Below, one piece after another: positions 39,901 to 47,700 of a stretch of DNA of 64,000 bases. Origin of the DNA: Candidatus Aminicenantes bacterium (GTDB lineage: Bacteria; Acidobacteriota; Aminicenantia; Aminicenantales; UBA4085); NCBI GenBank assembly GCA_963803915.1, contig CAWDOL010000006.1, forward strand, positions 131,150 to 195,149, in the 5' to 3' direction. Each line of letters begins with the position of its first letter. The stretch's first letter is position 1. The position numbers and the translations under genes are program-made. Under the pieces are notes generated by a model. That model saw only the letters and a list, made by a program, of their open reading frames with translations. It was not told the origin of the DNA and did not search any database.

Positions 39901-40290
39901 ATGCAAACCTTCATCTATGCGAGCCGTGACGATCCCGATACAAAAAGACTCGATGAGGTCGTGCGCCGTGTCATCCCCTCCGGCCAGATCGAAAGCTTCG
40001 CCGGCCTGGTGAGATTGAAAGAGAGGCTCCGGACGCTCGTCGAACCCGACTCCATCGCCGTCCTCTTCATGACGGACCGGATGGAGCTCGAGCGGATACA
40101 GAGGCTCAGCGGGCTGCTGACGGAGATCTATGTGATCATGGTCATTCCGGACGGGGAACAAGGCACCTTGGCCCTGGCTCATCTCCTGTTGCCCCGGTTC
40201 ATCAGCCGCAAGGAGAGCGATTTCGTCGACCTGGGCGTCGTCCTGGCCAAGATGTACGCCCATTCCCAAGGCGCTCCCGTGTCCGCTTGA
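39901..40290 (+). CDS. hypothetical protein (129 aa, alpha/beta, receiver-like pattern without recognisable phospho-acceptor motifs)
   Basis: Intact ORF preceded by GGAAAAGGGAAATTAGG. I recognise no motif. Confidence 0.4.
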   Translation: MQTFIYASRDDPDTKRLDEVVRRVIPSGQIESFAGLVRLKERLRTLVEPDSIAVLFMTDRMELERIQRLSGLLTEIYVIMVIPDGEQGTLALAHLLLPRFISRKESDFVDLGVVLAKMYAHSQGAPVSA

Positions 40291-40330
40291 CGGGGGGGGG
40301 CCTCCCGGCCGGCGGCCCGCATAACCGCTG

Positions 40331-40359
40331 TTGACAAACCCCCGGCCGCGGCCTATGTT
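40331..40359 (+). promoter_or_regulatory. sigma70-like promoter (TTGACA-17-TATGTT) with no obvious cognate gene
   Basis: TTGACA at 40331-40336, a 17-nt spacer and TATGTT at 40354-40359. About 440 nt of non-coding sequence follows before the S9 peptidase ATG. Confidence 0.4.
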
Positions 40360-40586
40360 CTGGGTAGATCCGTTGGAGGCTGGTCTCGAGCGGGGCCGGC
40401 CGGGCCGCCGGAGGAGATGGCGGCCGCCCCGCCGGTGCTGCGGGCAGGCGAGCGGCGATCGGACCTCAAGCCCGCGCCGGATGGGGCCTGGCGCCGGGGG
40501 ACGGGATCTTCGGCCTTCCCCGAAAGAAAAGGGCGGGGGAGCGGGTCCCGCCCCCTTGGGCCGGCGCCAACGTCCGATCAATCCCC

Positions 40587-40667
40587 GTTTGTACATTCGC
40601 GGCGCCATACCCCGATTTTCAAATTGGGGTAATGGCGCCACTCCTATGAACCCGACGGGTTAATTGA
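40587..40667 (+). repeat. nested-hairpin intergenic repeat, copy B
   Basis: GTTTGTACATTC-GCGGCGCC-ATA-CCCCGATT-TTCA-AATTGGGG-TAAT-GGCGCCAC-TCC-TATGAAC-CCGACGGGTTAATTGA. Confidence 0.7.
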
Positions 40668-40800
40668 TTTTTTCCGCCGGCTGATATATTAGTCATGCCT
40701 CATGGTTCCCCAACCCGGTCGGACCAAATCAGCTCCGATTCTTCCCATCCGCCCGTCTCCGGACGGCCGACGAATCCACTTTCCCCCTCAAGGAGGCCTT

Positions 40801-43464
40801 ATGAAACGCTTGCCGCGGGCGACCGCCCTCGCTCTCATCCTGCTCCTGGGCTCGATGACGCTCATCGGCGCCCAAGCTCCACCGGCCTCGAAGGCGAACT
40901 ACGACCTGGCTTCCCGCTGGACGTCGGCCAAGGTCGGCAAGCTCGTCTTCGACGGCCAGGTCCAGCCCCGCTGGCTGGAGTCGGGCGACCGCTTCTGGTA
41001 TGCCTATGAGACGAGCCAGGGCCGCAAATGGTTTATCGTCGATCCGGCGGCCAAGACCCGCAAGCCGCTATTCGACAACGCCAAGATGGCCGCCCTGCTG
41101 ACCAAGGCCACCCTCTTCCCCTACGAGGCGCAGCATCTGCCGATCCGGACGATCAAGTTCATTAAGAAGGACACCGCCATCCGGTTTGACATCGAATATG
41201 CCAAAGACGCCGACGTCCGCGTCGGCGAGGTCCTGAAGAAGGTCGGCGACGTGGGCAAGGAGTTCGAGGACAAGGAGAAGGAGAAGGAAAAGCTCCAGGA
41301 CACCGAGAAGAAGGACCAGGACAAGAAGGACCTGGAGAAGAAGGAGGCCGACAAGCCCAAGGAGCCGGAGAGCAAGACCAAGAAGCTCTATTTCGAGTAC
41401 GAGCTGGCCTCCGGCAAGCTGACCATCCTCGAGGACTACAAGGCTCCCGAGACCCGGCCGCGCTGGGCTTCGGTCTCGCCCGACGAGAAGACGATCGTCT
41501 TCGGCCGCGGCTACAACCTCTACATGATGGACGCCGAGAGCTTCAAGAAGGCCTGGAAGAAGGCCGACGACAAGGAGGTCAAGGAAGTCCAGCTGACGAC
41601 CGACGGCGTGGAGTACTACAGCTACACCCGCGTGCTCTCCGACGAGGACAAGAAGACCTTCCAGAAGGACGAGAAGGACCGCAAGGACTACCGCGTTCCG
41701 GCGGCCGGGGTGATCTGGTCCAAGGACTCCAAGAGGTTCTCCATCGAGCGCGACGACGAGCGCAAGGTCGGCTCGCTGTGGGTCATCAACACGCTGTCCA
41801 ACCCGCGGCCGACGCTGGAGACCTACAAGTACGCCATGCCCGGCGAGGAGGCCCAGCCGCAGGCCGAGCTGTGGATCTGCGACGTGGCCTCCAAGGGCTT
41901 GGTCAAGGTCAAGGTCGACAAGTACAAGGACCAGACCTTCAGCGTCTATACCGCGCCGCGCAAGGCAGCCGACATGGAAAAGGACTATCCGCCGCCCGCC
42001 ACTTGGCTGGGCGACCGCTCCGACCTCCTCTACCTGGGCCGCCAGAGCCGCGACCTGCACCGCTATGACGTAAGCACGGTCGATGTCGAGAAGGGCGAAG
42101 TCAAGCCGCTCTTCGAGGAGGTCCTCAACACCTACGTCGACGTCCAGCCGCCGCGGCTCGTAGACGGCGGCAAGGAGATCGTGTGGTGGTCCGAGCGGGA
42201 CGGTTGGGGCCATTACTACCTGTACGACGGCGCGACGGGCAAGCTCAAGGGACAGATCACCTCGGGCGAGTTCGTCGGCGTCGGCATCCAGCATTTGGAC
42301 GAAAAGGCCCGCGTCCTCTATTTCAACGCCTGTGGCAGGGAGCCGGGCGAGGACCCCTACTACGCCCATCTCTACCGGGTCAACCTGGACGGCTCGGGGC
42401 TCAAGCTCCTCAACCCGGGCGACGGCAACCACTCCGCCGCGATGAACGAGGCCGGCCGCTGGTTCATAGACGGCTTCAGCCGGGTCGACCAAGGGCCCAA
42501 GTCCGAGCTCCGCGACGCGCTGGGCAACCTGATCATGCCGCTCGAGACGACGGACATCTCCGCCCTCGTGGCGGCCGGATTCAAGTATCCCGAGACCTTC
42601 ACCTGCAAGGCCGATGATGGGGTGGTCGACCTCTACGGCGTGATCTACAAGCCTTTCGACTTCGATCCGCAGAAGAAGTACCCGGTCATTCTCTACGTTT
42701 ACCCCGGTCCGCAGACCGAGAGCGTCTCCAAGACCTTCGTGCCGCGCAGCGCCAGCCAGCACCTGGCCCAGTTCGGATTCATCGTGGTCGAGGTCGGCAA
42801 CCGCGGCGGCCACCCGCAGCGCTCCAAGTGGTACCACACCTACGGCTACGGCAACCTGCGCGACTACGGCCTGGCCGACAAGAAGCGGACCATCGAATGG
42901 CTGGGGCTCAAGTACCCCTACGTCGACACGGACCGGGTCGGCATCTTCGGCCACAGCGGCGGCGGGTTCATGACGGCCGCGGCGCTGTGCGTCTATCCCG
43001 ACTTCTTCAAGGTCGGCGTCTCCTCCTCCGGCAACCACGAGAACAACATCTACAACCGCTGGTGGAGCGAGAAGCACCACGGGGTCAAGGAAGTCGTGGA
43101 CGACAAGGGTGCCGTCAAGTTCGAGTATGCCATCGAAAAGAACTCCGAGGTGGCCAAAAACCTCAAGGGCCACCTGCTCCTGACCACGGGCGACATCGAC
43201 AATAACGTCCACCCGGGCAACACCTACCGGATGGCCAACGCCCTGATTCGGGCCAACAAGCGCTTCGACTTCTTCCTCTTCCCCGGCCAGCGCCACGGCT
43301 ACGCGGATATGAGCGACTATTGGACCTGGATCCGGGCCGACTACTTCTGCAAATGGCTGCTGGGCGACTTCTCCCAGTCGGTCGACATGTGGGAGCTGAA
43401 CCGCGATAAGGAGCAGTCCGGGGCCAAGGCCGCGGCCGCGACGGGCGGAGGCATCCGCCGCTGA
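40801..43464 (+). CDS. S9B/DPP-IV-family serine peptidase (beta-propeller + alpha/beta hydrolase), secreted
   Basis: AAGGAGG RBS and a signal peptide (MKRLPRATALALILLLGSMTLIGAQA). DPPIV_N-like propeller text. Catalytic GIFGHSGGGFMTAAAL, then ...TTGDIDNNVHP (Asp) and ...GQRHGY (His). There is a Lys/Glu-rich low-complexity insert at ~41230-41400. Confidence 0.85.
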   Translation: MKRLPRATALALILLLGSMTLIGAQAPPASKANYDLASRWTSAKVGKLVFDGQVQPRWLESGDRFWYAYETSQGRKWFIVDPAAKTRKPLFDNAKMAALLTKATLFPYEAQHLPIRTIKFIKKDTAIRFDIEYAKDADVRVGEVLKKVGDVGKEFEDKEKEKEKLQDTEKKDQDKKDLEKKEADKPKEPESKTKKLYFEYELASGKLTILEDYKAPETRPRWASVSPDEKTIVFGRGYNLYMMDAESFKKAWKKADDKEVKEVQLTTDGVEYYSYTRVLSDEDKKTFQKDEKDRKDYRVPAAGVIWSKDSKRFSIERDDERKVGSLWVINTLSNPRPTLETYKYAMPGEEAQPQAELWICDVASKGLVKVKVDKYKDQTFSVYTAPRKAADMEKDYPPPATWLGDRSDLLYLGRQSRDLHRYDVSTVDVEKGEVKPLFEEVLNTYVDVQPPRLVDGGKEIVWWSERDGWGHYYLYDGATGKLKGQITSGEFVGVGIQHLDEKARVLYFNACGREPGEDPYYAHLYRVNLDGSGLKLLNPGDGNHSAAMNEAGRWFIDGFSRVDQGPKSELRDALGNLIMPLETTDISALVAAGFKYPETFTCKADDGVVDLYGVIYKPFDFDPQKKYPVILYVYPGPQTESVSKTFVPRSASQHLAQFGFIVVEVGNRGGHPQRSKWYHTYGYGNLRDYGLADKKRTIEWLGLKYPYVDTDRVGIFGHSGGGFMTAAALCVYPDFFKVGVSSSGNHENNIYNRWWSEKHHGVKEVVDDKGAVKFEYAIEKNSEVAKNLKGHLLLTTGDIDNNVHPGNTYRMANALIRANKRFDFFLFPGQRHGYADMSDYWTWIRADYFCKWLLGDFSQSVDMWELNRDKEQSGAKAAAATGGGIRR

Positions 43465-43489
43465 GAGGGAACCGAATAAGGCCTTTCGA

Positions 43490-43517
43490 AGCCCGGCCGG
43501 CGCAAGCCGGCCGGGCT
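43490..43517 (+). terminator. candidate intrinsic terminator after the S9 peptidase gene
   Basis: Perfect 12-bp GC stem AGCCCGGCCGGC-GCAA-GCCGGCCGGGCT, followed by CTCCATTT. The U-tract is weak. Confidence 0.45.
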
Positions 43518-43567
43518 CTCCATTTGGCCGGGGAAGACGGGATCGACCCCGTCGGGAGGCCGTCGAC

Positions 43568-44032
43568 ATGACAGAGCCGAGACGGGAGGACCGGGGGCGG
43601 TACAGGGTTCGCGACTACAAGCCGGGGGATTTCCCGGCTGTTGAGAACCTCTGGCGCGAGGCGGGCATGGCCTCGCCCCAGCGAGCCGACACAGCCGAGG
43701 TCGTCGACCGGACGCTGGGCCACGAAGGGGCGCGGCTCCTTATCCTTGAGGATGGCGATTCGGGCCTGCTTGTCGGCACGTCGTGGCTGACCTGCGACGG
43801 ACGGCGGCTCCACCTCCATCATTTCGCCATTACCGGGCGGCTTCGCGGCTTGGGGCTATCCAAGATCCTGCTCGAAGCCTCGCTCCGCCACGCCAAGGAC
43901 GCCGGTATCCAGGTCAAGCTGGAAGTCCATAAGGCCAACACCGCCGCCGTCGGCCTCTACCGCAAGGCGGGCTTCGAGACGATCGGGGATTATGAGGTCT
44001 ACATCATCCGTGATCTTACCAGGATTATTTGA
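43568..44032 (+). CDS. GNAT-family N-acetyltransferase
   Basis: 154 aa. The motif A region HLHHFAITGRLRGLGLSKILLEASLRHAKDAG fits the R/Q-x-x-G-x-G/A pattern. NTAAVGLYRKAGFE is also present. Confidence 0.8.
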   Translation: MTEPRREDRGRYRVRDYKPGDFPAVENLWREAGMASPQRADTAEVVDRTLGHEGARLLILEDGDSGLLVGTSWLTCDGRRLHLHHFAITGRLRGLGLSKILLEASLRHAKDAGIQVKLEVHKANTAAVGLYRKAGFETIGDYEVYIIRDLTRII

Positions 44033-46064
44033 AGGCTTCGTCCCGGTTGTGACGCCGGATCCGGCTCCGCCAGGCTCGACGGGCAGAGGCGCCCGCATCC
44101 GTCGGCGCAGCGAAGATCAGCCCGATTGAACCGCCCTCAAGGGACGCGGTGACATCGAAGCGCGAGCCGCGGCGCGTTCTACCGCTCGCGGCATAGGCCA
44201 GAGCATCCCGCCAGATATCCCGTTTTGCTTCCCCGGGCAGGCGGGACCAGGCCGCAGGCGGCTCCCTGCGGGGCCCGAGGACGAGCCCCTCCGGGAACAT
44301 CCCGGCGAACGCGGCCGAGAGGGATGCCCCATCGCCCATCCCAGGGCCGTTTTTTCCCGCCATCCGATCGGCCAACCAGCCCGCTGCCGCGGATCCATCG
44401 TCGAAAGCCTCCGACACCCGGAGCCGATCGATCAGGCCCATCCCTTCGGCCGACAGCCAACGGTTTGAGAGCCCGGATGGAGGCGGCGAAGCGAACCAGA
44501 CTAGGCGTCCCGGCCCGGCCAAGGCGACGCGACCGCTTGTTCCCAAGCGCCGGGCCGCGGATTCCGCGATCCTGGCGTGGGCCCAGCGGTCTTCCTCCCG
44601 CCAGCGCTTGGGATCGTCGAGTCCCCGATGCAAGGAACCCGGCGCGAATTCGGTCCGTCCGATGACGACCGGACCTGCAACCCGGCGCAGGGCTTCAACC
44701 CAGTCGGGGAACGGCATGGGCATCTTCAGCCGGCCGCCGTCCCGTACATTCCCGGCGCGAGATCGGATTGCCAGCCAGGCCGATGCGGCCAGGAATCCGG
44801 CGACGACGGCGCCCGCGGCGGCTGCTTCGTCCGGGAGGAGGAGAGCGGCAGAGGCGGCGCCGAGCAGGGTGAGTCCTCCGGCCGCGATCAACCGGCCATA
44901 GGATCGGGAGGCGAACGCCCTCATTTCCAGGCCGGCCGCCATGGAACGGACGAGGAAGAAAACGGCCGAACCGGCCATCAGGCCGGACGTCAGTCGTCCG
45001 AAGAAGGCCAGCCCAAGCCCAAGCGATCCGGCCCAGGCGGCCAGGCCGGCCGCGGTCACAACGAGCCCCAGTTTGCGCTCGAACGACTCCCGCAGCCGTC
45101 GGAGCAGCGGGACGTCCAGGCGCTTGAGGTCGAAATAGAAGAGCTGGGTCCAGTCGAAGCCCGCCCGGACGAGGGGCGAAGCGGCCAGGACAAAGGCGGC
45201 CGCGGCAGGCAGGCCGCTTCGTCCGGCGGCCAGAAGGGACAAGGGCAGGATCGCGTCCATCCGCATCAGGGCGAAGGCCAGCCCCGCGGCAAAAGCCTCG
45301 GAGCGTCCCCGGTCGGGGCCGGGCAATCCCCCCGTCGCGGGGGCGGAAGGCCTCGGTCGGATCCCGAGGTGACGATAAGCCCTGGAGGTGAAGACCAGGG
45401 ACAAGACCACCGAGACGGAGGCGGAGACAAGCGAGGCGGCGGGCAAGGCCCACGGTCCCACGATCGGCCAGAGCGCCAGGATGGCGCCGAATCCCAGAAC
45501 CTCCAGGCCGGCCAGGGACCAGAAAGGCCGGTACACGCGGCGCACGGCAAAGACGCCGGAATGATAGCCGCGGACGTACGGCTCGGCAGCTAAGCGGAGA
45601 GCCACCACGAAGATGAATAGTTCGAGGGGCCCGAACCCATGTCCGGTCAGGGCGCGCCCGATCGTAAAAGCCGCGCCGGCGCCGGCGGCGAGCAGGCCGA
45701 GGCGCACGGCAAGGGCGAGCGTGCGGCCGATCAGGCCCTCCGCCCGGCGCGGCTTGCCGGCCGCAAATGCTTCGCGGACATCCTCGCGCATCGGTTCCAG
45801 AAAGCCCCACCAGAAGGAACCGAGCAAAAGCGCCGCCGCCTCAGCGGCCAGCACGATACGGAATTCACCGGCCGAGAAGACGCGGTAGGCGATCAATATC
45901 CTGGCCGCGTGCAGGAGTCCCGCGACCGCGGTTCGGGCGGCGAAGAAGCGCAGACGGTGGAGGGCATAGAGGCCGAATCGTCCGCCGATCAGGGCGTCCT
46001 CGATCCCGGGCGCGCGCTCGGTCCGGCGCGCGGCGCGATCAAGCCAGGCCCGGACGGCGTCCAT
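44025..46064 (-). CDS. 679-aa polytopic membrane protein with ~200-aa soluble C-terminal domain; RT-coupled partner of unknown function
   Basis: The ATG at 46064 overlaps the RT stop (TGATG, 46062-46066). It starts MDAVRAWLDRAARR, inside ORF 44025-46493. There are ~10-12 hydrophobic helices in residues 30-470, then a charged soluble region (NVRDGGRLKMPMPFPDWVEALRR...RSRIRRHNRDEAFK). I recognise no motif. Confidence 0.7.
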   Translation of the reverse strand: MDAVRAWLDRAARRTERAPGIEDALIGGRFGLYALHRLRFFAARTAVAGLLHAARILIAYRVFSAGEFRIVLAAEAAALLLGSFWWGFLEPMREDVREAFAAGKPRRAEGLIGRTLALAVRLGLLAAGAGAAFTIGRALTGHGFGPLELFIFVVALRLAAEPYVRGYHSGVFAVRRVYRPFWSLAGLEVLGFGAILALWPIVGPWALPAASLVSASVSVVLSLVFTSRAYRHLGIRPRPSAPATGGLPGPDRGRSEAFAAGLAFALMRMDAILPLSLLAAGRSGLPAAAAFVLAASPLVRAGFDWTQLFYFDLKRLDVPLLRRLRESFERKLGLVVTAAGLAAWAGSLGLGLAFFGRLTSGLMAGSAVFFLVRSMAAGLEMRAFASRSYGRLIAAGGLTLLGAASAALLLPDEAAAAGAVVAGFLAASAWLAIRSRAGNVRDGGRLKMPMPFPDWVEALRRVAGPVVIGRTEFAPGSLHRGLDDPKRWREEDRWAHARIAESAARRLGTSGRVALAGPGRLVWFASPPPSGLSNRWLSAEGMGLIDRLRVSEAFDDGSAAAGWLADRMAGKNGPGMGDGASLSAAFAGMFPEGLVLGPRREPPAAWSRLPGEAKRDIWRDALAYAASGRTRRGSRFDVTASLEGGSIGLIFAAPTDAGASARRAWRSRIRRHNRDEAFK

Positions 46065-47389
46065 CAGCCGCGCCTCCGGCCGCGGTTCCTCTGCTGGAGG
46101 AGCGAGGCCAGGCCCCAGGCCCTGCGGATGCGGCGATAGGGCGTAAACCGGAAGGCCCGGGGCCCGGCGATGCCGGACGCGGCGTGCGCGGCGATGCGGG
46201 CGATCAGAAAGTCCAGGTGGCGGAGGTGCGGGCGGCTGGTCGCCAGGCGCCGCAGGATATCGGCCGACCGCTGGCGGAGGGGGGCGGGATCGGGGCGAAG
46301 GACGCGGTTGATGACCGTGCAAACGGCGCGGCCGCGCTTGTCGGGCTCGGCCTCGCCCGAGGTGCGGGCCGTCCTGGCCGCCCGGTCCGCCAGGTCGCGA
46401 AGGAGCGCGCGCGAGGGCTCCCGGCCGAGGGCGATCGTCCCGTCGGCGCCGACATCCGTGCCGAGGAAGGGGACGGCGGCTGTTCCCTTCCAAACCGCTC
46501 CGGCGGGGGAGGGGCGGGCGGCCCTGTTGAGGAACAGATCGCTGCCCTTCTCCGCCTTCAGCTTCAGCTCAAGCCCGGCGGCTTCTGCCTCAATGATACG
46601 GGCGGCTTCCAGGACCGGGCCGGGCTCGGGGTGGGCGAAAAGGATGTCGTCGGAGTAGCGGGCGTAAAATCCGCCCGCGATCGAGGCGAGCCTCCGGTCC
46701 AGCTCATGAAGGTAGAGGTTGAAGAGAACGCAGGCGATCGGTTGTCCCGTCGGAACGCCGCGCATGAGCCGGAAGGGGCCTCCCTGCGGCCGGATGACGA
46801 GTGGCCGGACGACTTCCTCCAGCGTCGGCCAGGCGGCGGAACCGGCGGACTGGCCGTCGAAGAGCCCGGCCAGCTGGCTCCAGAGGGGAGAGCCGGGGTG
46901 GACCGGGATGGAGTCGGTGTAGGCATCGATGTCGCGCCGCAGCACATGAAGACCCCGTGTGCGCGGGTCGGGATGTTCGCGCTCCCGGGCCCGGACATAG
47001 GCCGCGAACCCGCGGATCGCGTCGGCCCAGGAAACCCCCTTGCGGTAGGAGAAGAGGCATGAGGAGCGCAGGGGCCGGCCGGCTTCCTCTATGACTTCCG
47101 CCGCGACGGCGTGGACCAGCATATCCGTCAACCTGAAGGAATAGACGTCGCGCCGCCGGCCGGCGATCCGGATGCTGCGCACGCGTCCCGGCTCGAAAGC
47201 GTAGCTTCCTCTGCCTGCGGCGCGGGCCAGGCGGCGGGCGATGCCCCTCTGGCCGTCGAAGAGGGCGTCGATCGAGACTCCGTCCTGGCGCAGCGTCCGC
47301 CGCGCGGCCGTGAAGAGGGTGCGGTCAAACAAACGTTCGATCGCCCTGCGGAAGCGGCGAGGGTCCGAAAGAGCGCGTTGCAAGTCCAT
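46064..47389 (-). CDS. reverse transcriptase (orphan; not intron-, retron-, DGR- or CRISPR-type by motif or context)
   Basis: 441 aa, intact. RT motifs: VRSIRIAGRRRDVYSFRLTDMLVHAVAAEV (1-2), FSYRKGVSWADAI (3), VLRRDIDAYTDSIP (A), GVPTGQPIACVLFNLYLHELD (B), ARYSDDILF (C, YxDD), LELKLKAEKG (D), VPFLGTDV (E). A ~130-aa Arg-rich C-terminal extension follows. Confidence 0.85.
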   Translation of the reverse strand: MDLQRALSDPRRFRRAIERLFDRTLFTAARRTLRQDGVSIDALFDGQRGIARRLARAAGRGSYAFEPGRVRSIRIAGRRRDVYSFRLTDMLVHAVAAEVIEEAGRPLRSSCLFSYRKGVSWADAIRGFAAYVRAREREHPDPRTRGLHVLRRDIDAYTDSIPVHPGSPLWSQLAGLFDGQSAGSAAWPTLEEVVRPLVIRPQGGPFRLMRGVPTGQPIACVLFNLYLHELDRRLASIAGGFYARYSDDILFAHPEPGPVLEAARIIEAEAAGLELKLKAEKGSDLFLNRAARPSPAGAVWKGTAAVPFLGTDVGADGTIALGREPSRALLRDLADRAARTARTSGEAEPDKRGRAVCTVINRVLRPDPAPLRQRSADILRRLATSRPHLRHLDFLIARIAAHAASGIAGPRAFRFTPYRRIRRAWGLASLLQQRNRGRRRG

Positions 47390-47405
47390 GGCGGGACGCG
47401 GTTTC

Positions 47406-47603
47406 GACCGGCGGCCGGGCCGGGGTCCGGCGTGTCGTTGGCTTTTTCTCTTCGGTCAGGGATCGGGTTGCGCCCGGCTGGGGCAGGGTTCCCCTTTCCG
47501 CGACCGCGCTTTTCCGGCGACGGCAAGACCGCAATCTCTGCCGGCGCCGCGGTCGCCGCGACGTCATCGCGGGGTCCGCCGGGCCCCGGCTCGGCCTCCG
47601 GTC
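47406..47603 (-). ncRNA. candidate RT-associated structured ncRNA / leader closed by 27-nt inverted arms
   Basis: Forward 47406-47432 (GACCGGCGGCCGGGCCGGGGTCCGGCG) versus the reverse complement of 47577-47603 (GACCGGAGGCCGAGCCGGGGCCCGGCG) match 24/27. The arms enclose 144 nt with several local hairpins. The 5' arm begins 7 nt after a -10 box. The 3' arm ends 16 nt before the RT ATG, and there is no SD. Confidence 0.4.
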
Positions 47604-47609
47604 GGAGCC

Positions 47610-47638
47610 ATTGTCGATCATGCCGGGGGGCTTGTCAA
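47610..47638 (-). promoter_or_regulatory. sigma70-like promoter for the ncRNA-RT-membrane protein unit
   Basis: Minus strand: TTGACA (47638-47633), a 17-nt spacer and GACAAT (47615-47610). Confidence 0.45.
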
Positions 47639-47663
47639 TTCGCCGCGTAGGCGGGTTTGGCGA

Positions 47664-47693
47664 TCGACACGCAGGGCGCGATCATGGTAGATT
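47664..47693 (+). promoter_or_regulatory. sigma70-like promoter giving a leaderless mRNA
   Basis: TCGACA (47664-47669), an 18-nt spacer and TAGATT (47688-47693). The ATG of the downstream gene is at 47701, 7 nt after the -10 box, with no SD. Confidence 0.35.
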
Positions 47694-47700
47694 GTCGGCC

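Noticed and set aside
40417-40632. 71-aa ORF (and the overlapping 110-aa ORF 40331-40663) in the intergenic region
   Set aside because: The sequence is low-complexity Arg/Pro/Gly, and GGAGGAG abuts the ATG with no spacing. The C-terminus is encoded by the intergenic repeat, whose other copies are not in any conserved frame.
46064-47389. Classifying the RT as a retron, DGR or group II intron RT
   Set aside because: The retron NAxxH and VTG signatures and the DGR SQ motif are absent. I could spot no template/variable repeat pair or Avd-like gene, and there are no intron ribozyme domains around it. The inverted-arm leader is retron-like in geometry only, so the class is left open.
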